Positions 8,485 through 17,942 of a DNA stretch of 64,000 bases are shown piece after piece. The stretch covers positions 15,080 through 79,079 of the forward strand of contig JBBTRI010000004.1 of assembly GCA_038065255.1 (NCBI GenBank). Reading direction: 5' to 3'. This DNA is from Patescibacteria group bacterium (GTDB lineage: Bacteria > Patescibacteriota > Patescibacteriia > JACQRZ01). Numbering within the stretch: the first letter of the stretch is position 1; the number at the start of each line of letters is the position of its first letter. The position numbers were made by a program, and so were the translations under genes. The notes beneath the pieces are model-generated. The model saw nothing but the letters and a program-made list of their open reading frames with translations, was not told where the DNA came from and did no database searches.

Positions 8485-11400
8485 TTATATTTTCTTATAC
8501 TCGCAAATGGATTTGAAATCGCAAAAACGACAATGGAATCCCGGTGTAGCTTTGAAATCGCTTCCCTTCATTTCTTGGACGGTTTTTTCTATATTCTTAA
8601 GCGTTTTTTCCTTTTCTTTGGCAGTTCCCAAAAACGACACATGGGATCCATCTTCAACATAGTAGTACGTCAATTTAATCGGATTCATTCCCAACAACTC
8701 TTCGGCTGCCATTTGATACATAATAAGCTGCTCCTTATCATGAAAACCTAGTGCATCCTCTGCTTTGCTTTTTCCCGTTTTATAATCAATAATTTCCACG
8801 CCCCCCTCAATATCATCGATACGATCAATTTTGCCTTTAAGAATAATACTATCCTCGTCTGTGCCGAGCTTCAAAGTAAAATCCCGCTCAATCGTCCTGG
8901 GGCTGGGCAGAGTATCGCTAACCTCTCCATGAATTCGCTCGAGTATATCGGAGCCCTTTGCAAAATATTCCTCTTGTTCTTTTTGAGAACGATACCATTC
9001 ATCTATCCAGCATTCCTTATACATATTCAGTAGCTCATCGAGACTAGGTACAGTGCGCTCTTCCATGATGCGATTTAAAAACTTCTCAAGCGTCGCATGA
9101 ATACTTTTTCCAAAACTAAATTGATAGCGCCCGAAGGTGGGTATTTTAAGTAAAAATGAGTACTTATACTGCAATGGACAGGTTTGGAAAGCCCTAAGCT
9201 GGCTAAAGCTGACCGTGGAAGGCAGTGCTAACGCCTGCCGAGATGAAGTTGCTGTGCGCTCGGGTGGCAAAGATGGAAGGGTGGTGGAAGACAGAGGGGG
9301 TTTCTCGGCAGGGATATTCATCCCGCATTCTTCCAGAAAACGTGAAGGCTTTCTACTGCGTACACCGCCATAATCCTTTGCGCCCGTCAAAAAAACGCCT
9401 TCCTGTGCACGAGTAAGCGCAACGTACAGCAAACGTCGTTCTTCTTCAAGATGAGCATCTTCTTGAGGGATGGGTTCCTTTAGTAACTCTTGCGGGAGTT
9501 CTAGAGCATCTTCGCGTTCTTGAGTGGGGAATCGGCGGTCTACAAGATGCACAACAAATACATAAGAAAACTCAAGCCCCTTGGAGCCATGAATAGTCAT
9601 AATCTTTACTACATCGGGCCCTGTGTCGATATCGCGCGCAAGCGATCCGGCATCCCCGGCTTCCTGTTCCAAACGAACAAGCTCCAAAAATTCTTGCAGT
9701 CGGGCAAGCGGATATTCGGATTGAAAGGTTTTTAATTTTGCAAATAACTGGTTGATATACCCAAGCCCTTCTCGTTTTTCTAGGGTGTCATCACGACTCA
9801 GCCATGTCAAAAACCCTGTATCTTGCACAATACGAAAGAATACTTCGACTGCAGGCTTGGATTTTGCAAGTGCAGCATGTTCGCCAATACGGCTGCATAG
9901 TGCGCGGAATGCATCGGCATCAGCCTGCGTGATCGCTTCTATTTCACTCATGTGTTCGAGCGCCTGCCAGAGAGAATATCCTTTCCGATGTGCAAAATGA
10001 CTCAGAGCAACAATACCATCATGGGAAATATTCAAAAAAGGAAAATTAAAAACTCGGTATAACGCAGGACTTTCGTGGTAATTGTGAAGAAGGGTGCAAT
10101 ATGACAGAAGATCAATAACGGCCGGTTTTGAATACAAACCCTTTTGGCCAAAAAACTGGTATGGAATGCCATACTCACTGCACTTTGCAATAAAATTACT
10201 GGCGCTATCATTGGAACGGATAAGTATGGCAAAGTCGCTCCATTGGAGTGTTTCAGACTGCTCTTTAAGCTTGCATATTTTTTGAATTACTTGTTCTGTT
10301 TCCTCATCATGTGTCGCACAATACATGTATTCAAGCGTACCCAACCCCTCGTTATGTGCATGGAGTTGCTTTATCAATGCAGTGCCCGATTGTTGAAGTT
10401 GGCATTCAAGGCGGTTTGGGTTGTTTTTTTGAATAAATGCATAAGCGCAATCTAAAATATTTTGTCGCGAACGATAATTGCGCGTCAGAATAATTTCCGT
10501 ACTCGATGGATAATCTTTTTTAAATCGCGTGATATTTGCTAATGACGTACCCCGCCAGCGGTAAATACTCTGATCATCATCCCCTACTACCGTGAGGAGC
10601 GATCGATTTGCCGCCAAGAGCTTAATGAGCTCATATTGCGCCCAGTTGGTATCTTGAAACTCATCGACTAATACAGCTTTAAATTGCATCTGATAGCGGT
10701 TGAGTAGACCCAAACGTTGGCTAAAAAGCTTGAGTGTGTAGACAATGAGATCGCCGAAATCCAACGCGCTTTCATCAAGCAAGAGTTGCTGGTATTTTGT
10801 ATATGCACGGGCAAGTTCCTGTATACGTGCAGTTTCATCTTGATCATCGGATTGAAGAGATTCCGCATGCGCTACGTACTCCTGCGGGGTTATTCCTTCA
10901 TCTTTGCATCGAGAAAAATGCTTCAGTAATTCGTGAATGCATTTGGTAGGATTGCCTGCAGGACGGTAATACTCGAGTCCAAGAAGGTCGAGGTTCTTCC
11001 GAACAAGCATCCAGGCAGCTGTTTGATCAAGGAGTTTGAAATCTGTGGGTATGCCGATATCCAACCCGTGCTTTCGCAAGATGCGTTCGCAGAACCCATG
11101 AAACGTACATACCCATAGATCAACATAGCCATAGGGCAACAAGCGATCGAGGCGCTCCTCCATTTCTTGCGCTGCTTTTTGGGTAAACGTAAGCGCCAGT
11201 ACTTCATTGACCGTACATAGTCCGCTAAGAACAAGCCATGCAATCCGTCGAGTAATCACTGTTGTTTTGCCGGTGCCGGCTCCGGCAACAATCATCAAAG
11301 GGCTGCCCGCATGCGTTGCGGCACGGCGCTGTTCATCGTTGAGGTTTTCCAATAGTTTATCAAGTGAATTCATATTCTCTGAGAGTAGCGGCTTTGGCAT
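8485..11400 (-). CDS. UvrD/PcrA-family helicase fused to a C-terminal RecB-type PD-(D/E)xK nuclease (AddA/AdnB-like)
   Basis: AGAGTGKT, DEFQD, NYRS, TIHGSKGLEF, EERRLLYVALTRA; nuclease GKIDRID...IIDYKTG; Fe-S staple CP...CRFCDFKSIC. Confidence 0.92.
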   Translation of the reverse strand: MPKPLLSENMNSLDKLLENLNDEQRRAATHAGSPLMIVAGAGTGKTTVITRRIAWLVLSGLCTVNEVLALTFTQKAAQEMEERLDRLLPYGYVDLWVCTFHGFCERILRKHGLDIGIPTDFKLLDQTAAWMLVRKNLDLLGLEYYRPAGNPTKCIHELLKHFSRCKDEGITPQEYVAHAESLQSDDQDETARIQELARAYTKYQQLLLDESALDFGDLIVYTLKLFSQRLGLLNRYQMQFKAVLVDEFQDTNWAQYELIKLLAANRSLLTVVGDDDQSIYRWRGTSLANITRFKKDYPSSTEIILTRNYRSRQNILDCAYAFIQKNNPNRLECQLQQSGTALIKQLHAHNEGLGTLEYMYCATHDEETEQVIQKICKLKEQSETLQWSDFAILIRSNDSASNFIAKCSEYGIPYQFFGQKGLYSKPAVIDLLSYCTLLHNYHESPALYRVFNFPFLNISHDGIVALSHFAHRKGYSLWQALEHMSEIEAITQADADAFRALCSRIGEHAALAKSKPAVEVFFRIVQDTGFLTWLSRDDTLEKREGLGYINQLFAKLKTFQSEYPLARLQEFLELVRLEQEAGDAGSLARDIDTGPDVVKIMTIHGSKGLEFSYVFVVHLVDRRFPTQEREDALELPQELLKEPIPQEDAHLEEERRLLYVALTRAQEGVFLTGAKDYGGVRSRKPSRFLEECGMNIPAEKPPLSSTTLPSLPPERTATSSRQALALPSTVSFSQLRAFQTCPLQYKYSFLLKIPTFGRYQFSFGKSIHATLEKFLNRIMEERTVPSLDELLNMYKECWIDEWYRSQKEQEEYFAKGSDILERIHGEVSDTLPSPRTIERDFTLKLGTDEDSIILKGKIDRIDDIEGGVEIIDYKTGKSKAEDALGFHDKEQLIMYQMAAEELLGMNPIKLTYYYVEDGSHVSFLGTAKEKEKTLKNIEKTVQEMKGSDFKATPGFHCRFCDFKSICEYKKI

Positions 11401-11440
11401 TCTTTTTCAAGTTTTTACACATTCACTATGCATACATTAT

Positions 11441-11469
11441 TTGACAGTAGAGGAATACGTGTGTAGTAT
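11441..11469 (+). promoter_or_regulatory. Sigma70-type promoter of the Phd-VapC operon
   Basis: TTGACA-17 nt-TAGTAT. Confidence 0.6.
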
Positions 11470-11505
11470 ATTAATGTTACCTTAAAGTGATCTTAAAATA
11501 CTCCT

Positions 11506-11760
11506 ATGTATCACCAAGAACAACAGTCAGTGTCAGTGAAAGAGTTGCGGCAGAATTTTCCCAAACTTGCAGAAAACCTTGCAAAGGGGAATTCTTTCAT
11601 TCTCATTCATCGATCAAAGCCGATTGCACGCATCATGCCGTATTCAGGCATTCCGGCAAGCCAGAGCAATGCATTGCAATTTTGGTCGAAACCGTTACGG
11701 AAAAACCGCATATCAAAAAAAATGTCGAGTGTTGCATTGGTGAAAAAAGAGCGTTCATAG
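11506..11760 (+). CDS. Phd/YefM-family antitoxin
   Basis: VSVKELRQNFPKLAENLAKGNSFILIHRSKPIARIMP, a Phd N-terminal pattern; lies upstream of a PIN gene. Confidence 0.85.
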   Translation: MYHQEQQSVSVKELRQNFPKLAENLAKGNSFILIHRSKPIARIMPYSGIPASQSNALQFWSKPLRKNRISKKMSSVALVKKERS

Positions 11761-11763
11761 CAT

Positions 11764-12180
11764 ATGATTTTTTTAACCATAGACTCATCGGTATTTCTCT
11801 CATCTCTCCTTGAGCGCGATCATTACCATCAAACATCTCTTGCATTTTTTTCCCACATTCATCAACATCCATACATTACAACATTACCCATGATTGTTGT
11901 TCTTGAGATAGCAAATATTCTATCAAAATATAACAAAGATCCCCGGCCGGCAATCGAGTCCCTCATGGCACTCACCATTTTACCCCACGACCAGTCCACA
12001 ATTGAAGAAGCTATCACTATATTCAAAAGACTCCACCTCAAAACATCCGATGCACTTGTGGTATGGTGCGCCTATGTATCTGAAAGCACGCTCATCTCAT
12101 GGGATAAACAGCTTATCCGCCAAGCCCAGAAACTCATTGAAGCATCTACGCCATCTGATTTTTTGAAAAAGATGATTTAA
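11764..12180 (+). CDS. vapC: PIN-domain toxin (VapC)
   Basis: IDSSVF...VVLE...SDAL...ISWDKQL acidic tetrad. Confidence 0.88.
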   Translation: MIFLTIDSSVFLSSLLERDHYHQTSLAFFSHIHQHPYITTLPMIVVLEIANILSKYNKDPRPAIESLMALTILPHDQSTIEEAITIFKRLHLKTSDALVVWCAYVSESTLISWDKQLIRQAQKLIEASTPSDFLKKMI

Positions 12181-12188
12181 AAGCAGTT

Positions 12189-13154
12189 TTATTCTTCCAG
12201 AATCGATGCAAACATGAGCGGCGCAACAATCGTTGCGTCTGATTCAATGACAAACTGGGGTGTTGTCTCGTCAATCTTGCCCCATGTTATTTTTTCGTTT
12301 GGCACTGCCCCGCTATAGGAACCATAGGATGTCGTACTATCGGAAATTTGGCAAAAATATCCCCAGTAGGGAGCTGCCTCTTTGAGGTCCTGGTTCATAA
12401 GCGGCACAACACATATAGGAAAGTCTCCGGCAATTCCTCCACCGATTTGAAAGAATCCTACTGACGAGCTCCGAGAAGCCATGCGATACCAGTCGATAAG
12501 AAATGCCATTGTCTCAAGCCCTGATTTTACAACATGGTATCCGCTGAGTTCTTTTTTTATGACATTCGCAACAAACATATTACCAAGGGTCGAATCCTCC
12601 CAACCTGGTACGAAAATAGGAAGATTCTTTTCGCATGCGGCGATCAACCAGGAATGTTGTTCATCAATTTGATAGTGCTCCCTCACGAGATTCTCGCGAA
12701 TTACCTGATACATATACTCATAGGGAAAATACCGCTCCCCCGCTCTATCCGCTCTCTGCCAGACAGAAAGCACTGCGCGTTCAATGCGCCGCATGGCGTT
12801 TTCTTCAGGAATACAGGTGTCCGTTACGCGATTCATTGCTCGGTCTCGGAGTGCCACTTCATCAGACTTTGTGAGATATCGATACTGGGGAACGCGCTCA
12901 TACTCATTGTGAGCAACAAGATTGAATATATCTTCTTCAAGATTAGCTCCCGTACAGCAAATCGCATGAACCTTATCCTTACGGATCATTTCGGCAAGTG
13001 AAATGCCAAGTTCAGCCGTGCTCATTGCGCCGGCAAGCGTCAGAAACATTTTTCCGCCATTTTTCAGATGCGATTTATAGCTTTCAGTTGCATCTTTGAG
13101 TGTTGCGGCATTGAAGTGGTGGTAGTGCCGTGAAATAAATTCTGTCATGTTCAT
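12189..13154 (-). CDS. Deoxyhypusine synthase-like protein (probable homospermidine synthase)
   Basis: FLTLAGAMSTAELG, TGANLEED, PGWEDSTLG, IGGG, SYSGAVPNEKITWGK (catalytic Lys retained), SDATIVAPL. Confidence 0.88.
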   Translation of the reverse strand: MNMTEFISRHYHHFNAATLKDATESYKSHLKNGGKMFLTLAGAMSTAELGISLAEMIRKDKVHAICCTGANLEEDIFNLVAHNEYERVPQYRYLTKSDEVALRDRAMNRVTDTCIPEENAMRRIERAVLSVWQRADRAGERYFPYEYMYQVIRENLVREHYQIDEQHSWLIAACEKNLPIFVPGWEDSTLGNMFVANVIKKELSGYHVVKSGLETMAFLIDWYRMASRSSSVGFFQIGGGIAGDFPICVVPLMNQDLKEAAPYWGYFCQISDSTTSYGSYSGAVPNEKITWGKIDETTPQFVIESDATIVAPLMFASILEE

Positions 13155-13190
13155 AGAATGCAAATTATGAATGTACACCATTGTAATGCA

Positions 13191-14288
13191 CTACGCAGAC
13201 TTTCCCCACATGGCAACGTTTATATCGAGCCTATGAAGGCGGCGCTCAGTGCTGACAATACCCACAAGAGGACGCATGTACTCGCGGAGGGTTGGAAATT
13301 CAGCAATAATTGCCTCGCTTATCTCGCGATACATCCAGCGCGCACTTTCTTCTGCCGCTCGCCAGTCATCGTAATAGTCCGTATCCCGATCAAACGACTC
13401 GTTGACGAGCAGAACAACTCCATCTTTTTTGCTCACCCGCCCTTCTTCAATATTTTCAAAAATGATATGCGCGCCGGTAAGGCATGTTTTAATAAAATTA
13501 GGATCCCAGGATTTTATTTTAATGGCTGAGTTCCATGTGCGGATGTAATCAAACCTATTTCCCACAGCCAATATCCACTCATTATGGTCGAGATCTTCGG
13601 ATGAAACTTTTTCCGTCCGCTTCTTCATGACAAGCATGCGGTTGAAAAGCATGCGGTCTGTGAGAAATTGAATCATCCCCTGTGGCATTTCGGGATAAAG
13701 CTTTGGGAGTCTTTCTTTGAGAAGTGCTTCGCTCTCTTGTTCGGAATGCTGAATAAGCATAGTTGCTTCTAAAGTCTCATCTTTATTTCCATGAAGAATA
13801 ATAGAACGATCATCCGTATTGATTCCAACAAGAACGGTATACACCTGCCGAGTTCCCCCTTCGATAAAAAGTGTTCGTGTGACACGGTCAAATTGGTCGC
13901 GTACCGCAGTCTGGCCGGCAACGGCTTTTGAAGTGTCGTAGTCATACCCCTTGCAACAAAAATCTTTCCCTTGGGAAGAAAAGTGATAGGTAACAGGAAT
14001 CAGGAGCGCCTTCCTCCTCTCGCCGGCGCTTCGTACGCGCCGCTCAAAATGCGGTTTGAATGCCGGCCAACCAATGTCGATCATACCGCCAATAGTACGC
14101 ACCGGGTACACCCACGCAAACGGCGCACCGGTAGCTTCAGTAAAATCTGCTCGCCCGTCCATGCATTTGATCGCCATGACGCTGATATTATATTTGGTAT
14201 CAAAATAACGCCGGTCTCCCTCTGTTTCATGATAGAGGCGTTCGGCTTCATCGCTCATTTTTGAAATGCGATTAATAGGAGTTGGCAT
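13191..14288 (-). CDS. CsoSCA-like (carboxysome-type, beta-class) carbonic anhydrase homolog
   Basis: KCMDGR (C-x-D-x-R, 14151-14165) and TYHFSSQGKDFCCKG (His with a distant Cys). GINTDD...LHG and DHNEWILAVG.RF resemble CsoSCA catalytic and C-terminal segments. Confidence 0.72.
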   Translation of the reverse strand: MPTPINRISKMSDEAERLYHETEGDRRYFDTKYNISVMAIKCMDGRADFTEATGAPFAWVYPVRTIGGMIDIGWPAFKPHFERRVRSAGERRKALLIPVTYHFSSQGKDFCCKGYDYDTSKAVAGQTAVRDQFDRVTRTLFIEGGTRQVYTVLVGINTDDRSIILHGNKDETLEATMLIQHSEQESEALLKERLPKLYPEMPQGMIQFLTDRMLFNRMLVMKKRTEKVSSEDLDHNEWILAVGNRFDYIRTWNSAIKIKSWDPNFIKTCLTGAHIIFENIEEGRVSKKDGVVLLVNESFDRDTDYYDDWRAAEESARWMYREISEAIIAEFPTLREYMRPLVGIVSTERRLHRLDINVAMWGKSA

Positions 14289-14291
14289 AGA

Positions 14292-15836
14292 CTACACGTC
14301 ATTACCTGAATAGGATAAATTAAAACTTTTGTTTATGAGCGGAAAATCAGGAACCATATTCCCCTTCCCTGCATGTCCTAACACTGTCCAATTAATAAAT
14401 GATGGGTCGCGCACATCCACTCGACAAATTGATCCGTCTCCATCTGTTGCAACTACGTATATGATATCACCTCGCCAGCCTTCCACAATACCAACAGCAT
14501 AGGAGTTGGAAGGAAGTTTAAGGCGAGAAAGATCATTGCCAATACAGGGTCCTGAAGAAATATCACTCAATGCTTTTTGGAGGATATCGAACGAGGAATA
14601 CACCTCATCTATTCTGACACGAAATCGAGCATAGACATCACCTGAATGATATGATGGAATAGGAATCGAAAAGTGATCATATGCGGCATAGGGGTGGTCT
14701 TTGCGTGCATCGTATGCAAACCCAAGTGCTTTTGCAGCAACACCAACAACCCCATGATCCTTGGCAATTGTATAATCAAGGCTGCCTGTATGCCGCAAGC
14801 GCTCAATAAGCGAGCTATTTCGAAGCGCAACAGCCATAACTTCAGAAAAATCTTTTCGCACAGACAGAAGTGTCTGCCGTACCGATTCAAGGCAACCATT
14901 GGAAATATCTTTTTGAACTCCGCCAATCGTATTCACTCCACGCAAGAATCTGCTACCTATTAGAAAATCATTAAGCTGCATCACCACCTCCCTCAAACGC
15001 GCACCATGTGATCCGCCGAAATTAAATCCCGTGTCAAGCATGATGGCACCGATATCTCCAAAGTGATTTGCAAGCCGTTCCAGCTCACAGAATATCACAC
15101 GAATATATCGAGCTCGGATAGGAACAGGTATCGATCCCAATTCTTCGAAAGCTTGGCACAATGCAAGTGAATGACTAAATGAACTGTCTCCGCTCACGCG
15201 CTCAGAGAGCCGAAGCTTGTCTTTAAGGGCAAGGTGCTCAAATAACTTCTCACTGCCCTTGTGTGAGTATCCAAGCCGTGCCTCCAGATGAAGAATCTCT
15301 TCACCTGCTACGCTAAAACGAAAATGTCCCGGCTCAATAATGCCTGCATGCACCGGTCCAACGGGAATTTCGTAGATACCCTCACCCTGAACATGCCGAA
15401 AGGTAAACTCACCCCTTGCCGGAGATGGGCGCTCATTCCATGCAAAATCTTTTCTGAGTGGAAAGAGATTCTGAGGCCATTGTTCGTGAAGTATAAGTGA
15501 GCGAAGATTTGGATGCCCTATTGGTACAATTCCAAACAAGCTTGCTATTTTTCGTTCATGAATCGATGCCTGATGAATGATGGGTGTAAGTGAAGGAAAT
15601 GTCTCTTGCACGCATATGGTAGGTGTTTGAAAAATATGCTCTTCGGGATTGCTAAAAAGATACATAATCTTAAAATTCCCCGTCTGTTCTCGCTCATCAA
15701 AAGCAGTGATTGTTTTTAATGGAAAACCTCTCTCGTATAATTCTTTGCATGTTGCAAGAATATCGCCTTCAGGCACATTGTATATATTGAGGTTGTCGCA
15801 AGGCCTATTATTTTGTATTGGTAAAGGTTTCGTCAT
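14292..15836 (-). CDS. Ehr large subunit (HycE/HyfG-type NuoC+NuoD fusion) without Ni-binding cysteines
   Basis: ERKIASLFGI..GHP.LR, PVGPVHAGIIEPGHFRF, GYSHKGSEK, EGWRG, RDPSF.NW. L1 motif reads RVSGDS and L2 motif reads NLSYSG. Confidence 0.88.
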   Translation of the reverse strand: MTKPLPIQNNRPCDNLNIYNVPEGDILATCKELYERGFPLKTITAFDEREQTGNFKIMYLFSNPEEHIFQTPTICVQETFPSLTPIIHQASIHERKIASLFGIVPIGHPNLRSLILHEQWPQNLFPLRKDFAWNERPSPARGEFTFRHVQGEGIYEIPVGPVHAGIIEPGHFRFSVAGEEILHLEARLGYSHKGSEKLFEHLALKDKLRLSERVSGDSSFSHSLALCQAFEELGSIPVPIRARYIRVIFCELERLANHFGDIGAIMLDTGFNFGGSHGARLREVVMQLNDFLIGSRFLRGVNTIGGVQKDISNGCLESVRQTLLSVRKDFSEVMAVALRNSSLIERLRHTGSLDYTIAKDHGVVGVAAKALGFAYDARKDHPYAAYDHFSIPIPSYHSGDVYARFRVRIDEVYSSFDILQKALSDISSGPCIGNDLSRLKLPSNSYAVGIVEGWRGDIIYVVATDGDGSICRVDVRDPSFINWTVLGHAGKGNMVPDFPLINKSFNLSYSGNDV

Positions 15837-17278
15837 AAGAGTTCTGCTGCTTTTGTTAGAAGTTCGGAAAGACCTGGCGGGAGATACACGCTCAGAATGA
15901 TAAGTATGAGTGAGAGAAGAATGGAAGGTGTAAGTACATACACATTAGATTCACCCCTTAAAACAGTTGGCGGCGCCTCACTGAACGCCATTGATACGAT
16001 GTGGCGCAAAAATCCCACAAATACAAGCACCAGCGAAACAAGAAGTATTACTGATGCAAAGCCATAGTGGGCTATGCCTGCAACTAAAATATGTATTTCT
16101 GTAATAAACATCCCAAAGGGCGGAACACCCGTGATAGCAAGAAGGCCACAAAACAGAAGAACGGTGCTCACAGGAAGAATTGTGATCATGCCTTTGATAT
16201 TTGAAATTCTAGAAAGGCCATATTTAAGAAAAAGAGAGCCGGATATGAAAAACAACAATGACTTTGCAATTGAGTGATAGATCATATGGAGTAAAGCTGC
16301 CCATATGCCCAATCCGCCAAATCCGCATCCCAGGGCGATAATACCCATATGTTCAATACTGGAATAGGCAAATAGCCGTTTGTATTTCTTTTGTGCCAAG
16401 ATAATAAACGCAGCAATGACCACTGACACCAGTCCAAAACCGATGAGCATCGTATTGGAAAACGATTGTTCGACCACCGAATCTGTAATGATTTTAAATC
16501 GAAAAATAGCGAGGAGTGCAACATTCAACAATGCACCCGAAAGAAGCGCACTAATCGGCGGGGGCGCCTTGCTGTGCGCATCCGGAAGCCACGTATGCAT
16601 GGGAGCAAAACCAACCTTTGTCCCATATCCTACAAGGATAAAAATAAAGGCAATCTTTAATAGATCAGGGTTAAATTCAGATACATGCTCGGAAAGTGAG
16701 TGCCAACCTGGAAATCCAAGCATGTCTACCGATGATTCACCGGCAAAAAAAAGCAGTGTTCCGAAAAAAGCCAATAGTAGTCCAATGGAATTAATCAATA
16801 GATATTTCCATGCCGCTTCTGTTGCTGAAGCCTTGTTGTAAAAGCTAATAAGGAGCGTGGTTGAAAGCGTCGTTGTTTCGATTGCAATCCACATGAGGAT
16901 GGGACTTGCTGAAAGGACACCGGCAAACATAGCAGCAACAAATAGTTGGTAGAGAAGAAAATATTGCTTTACTCTCCGAAAGCCGATAATTCCCTTCTTC
17001 ACTTCCTCGCGAAGATAGCCAATTGAATAGATTGAAGAAAAAACAGATACAATAATAACGGTAAGGAGTACGATACCGGAAAGGGCATCAAGAAAGAAAA
17101 ATGGTGCGAATGATAGTTCCTGTGCCGTATGAAGTTGCACAAACACTCCCACGGCGGTAATAATTTCTGCACAGGCACCAATACAATAAAGCGCATCGAA
17201 CATTCGAATATTTTTTCGAACAAGTACGCCAACAAGACCAATGAGAAGCGGGATGAAAACAAGAAATGTAAGTTCCAT
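15833..17278 (-). CDS. hyfF: HyfF-like antiporter-type membrane subunit
   Basis: WIAIETTT, EAAWKY, GYGTKVG, HTWLPDAHS, KRLFAYSSIEHMG, HSIAK, FITE. Confidence 0.9.
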   Translation of the reverse strand: MELTFLVFIPLLIGLVGVLVRKNIRMFDALYCIGACAEIITAVGVFVQLHTAQELSFAPFFFLDALSGIVLLTVIIVSVFSSIYSIGYLREEVKKGIIGFRRVKQYFLLYQLFVAAMFAGVLSASPILMWIAIETTTLSTTLLISFYNKASATEAAWKYLLINSIGLLLAFFGTLLFFAGESSVDMLGFPGWHSLSEHVSEFNPDLLKIAFIFILVGYGTKVGFAPMHTWLPDAHSKAPPPISALLSGALLNVALLAIFRFKIITDSVVEQSFSNTMLIGFGLVSVVIAAFIILAQKKYKRLFAYSSIEHMGIIALGCGFGGLGIWAALLHMIYHSIAKSLLFFISGSLFLKYGLSRISNIKGMITILPVSTVLLFCGLLAITGVPPFGMFITEIHILVAGIAHYGFASVILLVSLVLVFVGFLRHIVSMAFSEAPPTVLRGESNVYVLTPSILLSLILIILSVYLPPGLSELLTKAAELL

Positions 17279-17281
17279 AAA

Positions 17282-17938
17282 TCAATCGATTAATCGCTTC
17301 ATGGCACTTGTATCGAGTGAACCGAACTGCCGGAATATCAGTGAGGCAAGAATGGTTGCCATAATCACCCACACAAGAATACTTACGGTTATGCCAAGTT
17401 GTAACGCGGGATTCTGTTCGAGACCTGCAAAGAGAGCAAAAGAAATTATCCCATTCTCCAATGAAAGATATCCCAGCATCTGAGAAAAGATTCCCTTTCT
17501 GTTTATTATCAAAAAAAGTGAAATAAGGATGATTGCAAATGGCAGAAGGAGAAATTCTTGTCCGACATTATTCAATACGATAAGTTCTTTAAAAAGAGTT
17601 GAACGTGTAAGTGCCGTAAGGCAGGCAATAATAACAAGTGTCAGAGGCATCGAGCAATAACTGCCGGCTAAAAATGTGAGTTGATGTTTTCGGATAAGGA
17701 GGTAGAAAAAATATGGCGTGATGACAAGCTTGATTGCTATGGTTGCTGCCAACGCAACATAGAGCAATGGAGATGCTGCGCCAAGATAGGATGCAATGAG
17801 TAGTAATGCCAATACTGCGGTTTGGACAACATAAAGAATAACGGCCGTTTTGTTATTTTTAACCAAATGCAGCACAACAACAGTCAAAAAAATAATTGCT
17901 TCGAAAAGAAAAAGAAGTTGAGGAGATAGTGTAAACAT
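17282..17938 (-). CDS. hyfE: HyfE-like membrane subunit
   Basis: About 7 TM; IK..I.P and QMLGYLSLENG motifs; position between hyfC and hyfF. Confidence 0.85.
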   Translation of the reverse strand: MFTLSPQLLFLFEAIIFLTVVVLHLVKNNKTAVILYVVQTAVLALLLIASYLGAASPLLYVALAATIAIKLVITPYFFYLLIRKHQLTFLAGSYCSMPLTLVIIACLTALTRSTLFKELIVLNNVGQEFLLLPFAIILISLFLIINRKGIFSQMLGYLSLENGIISFALFAGLEQNPALQLGITVSILVWVIMATILASLIFRQFGSLDTSAMKRLID

Positions 17939-17942
17939 ATTC

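Noticed and set aside
13191-14288. Carboxysome operon
   Set aside because: No shell, CsoS2 or RuBisCO genes in the window.
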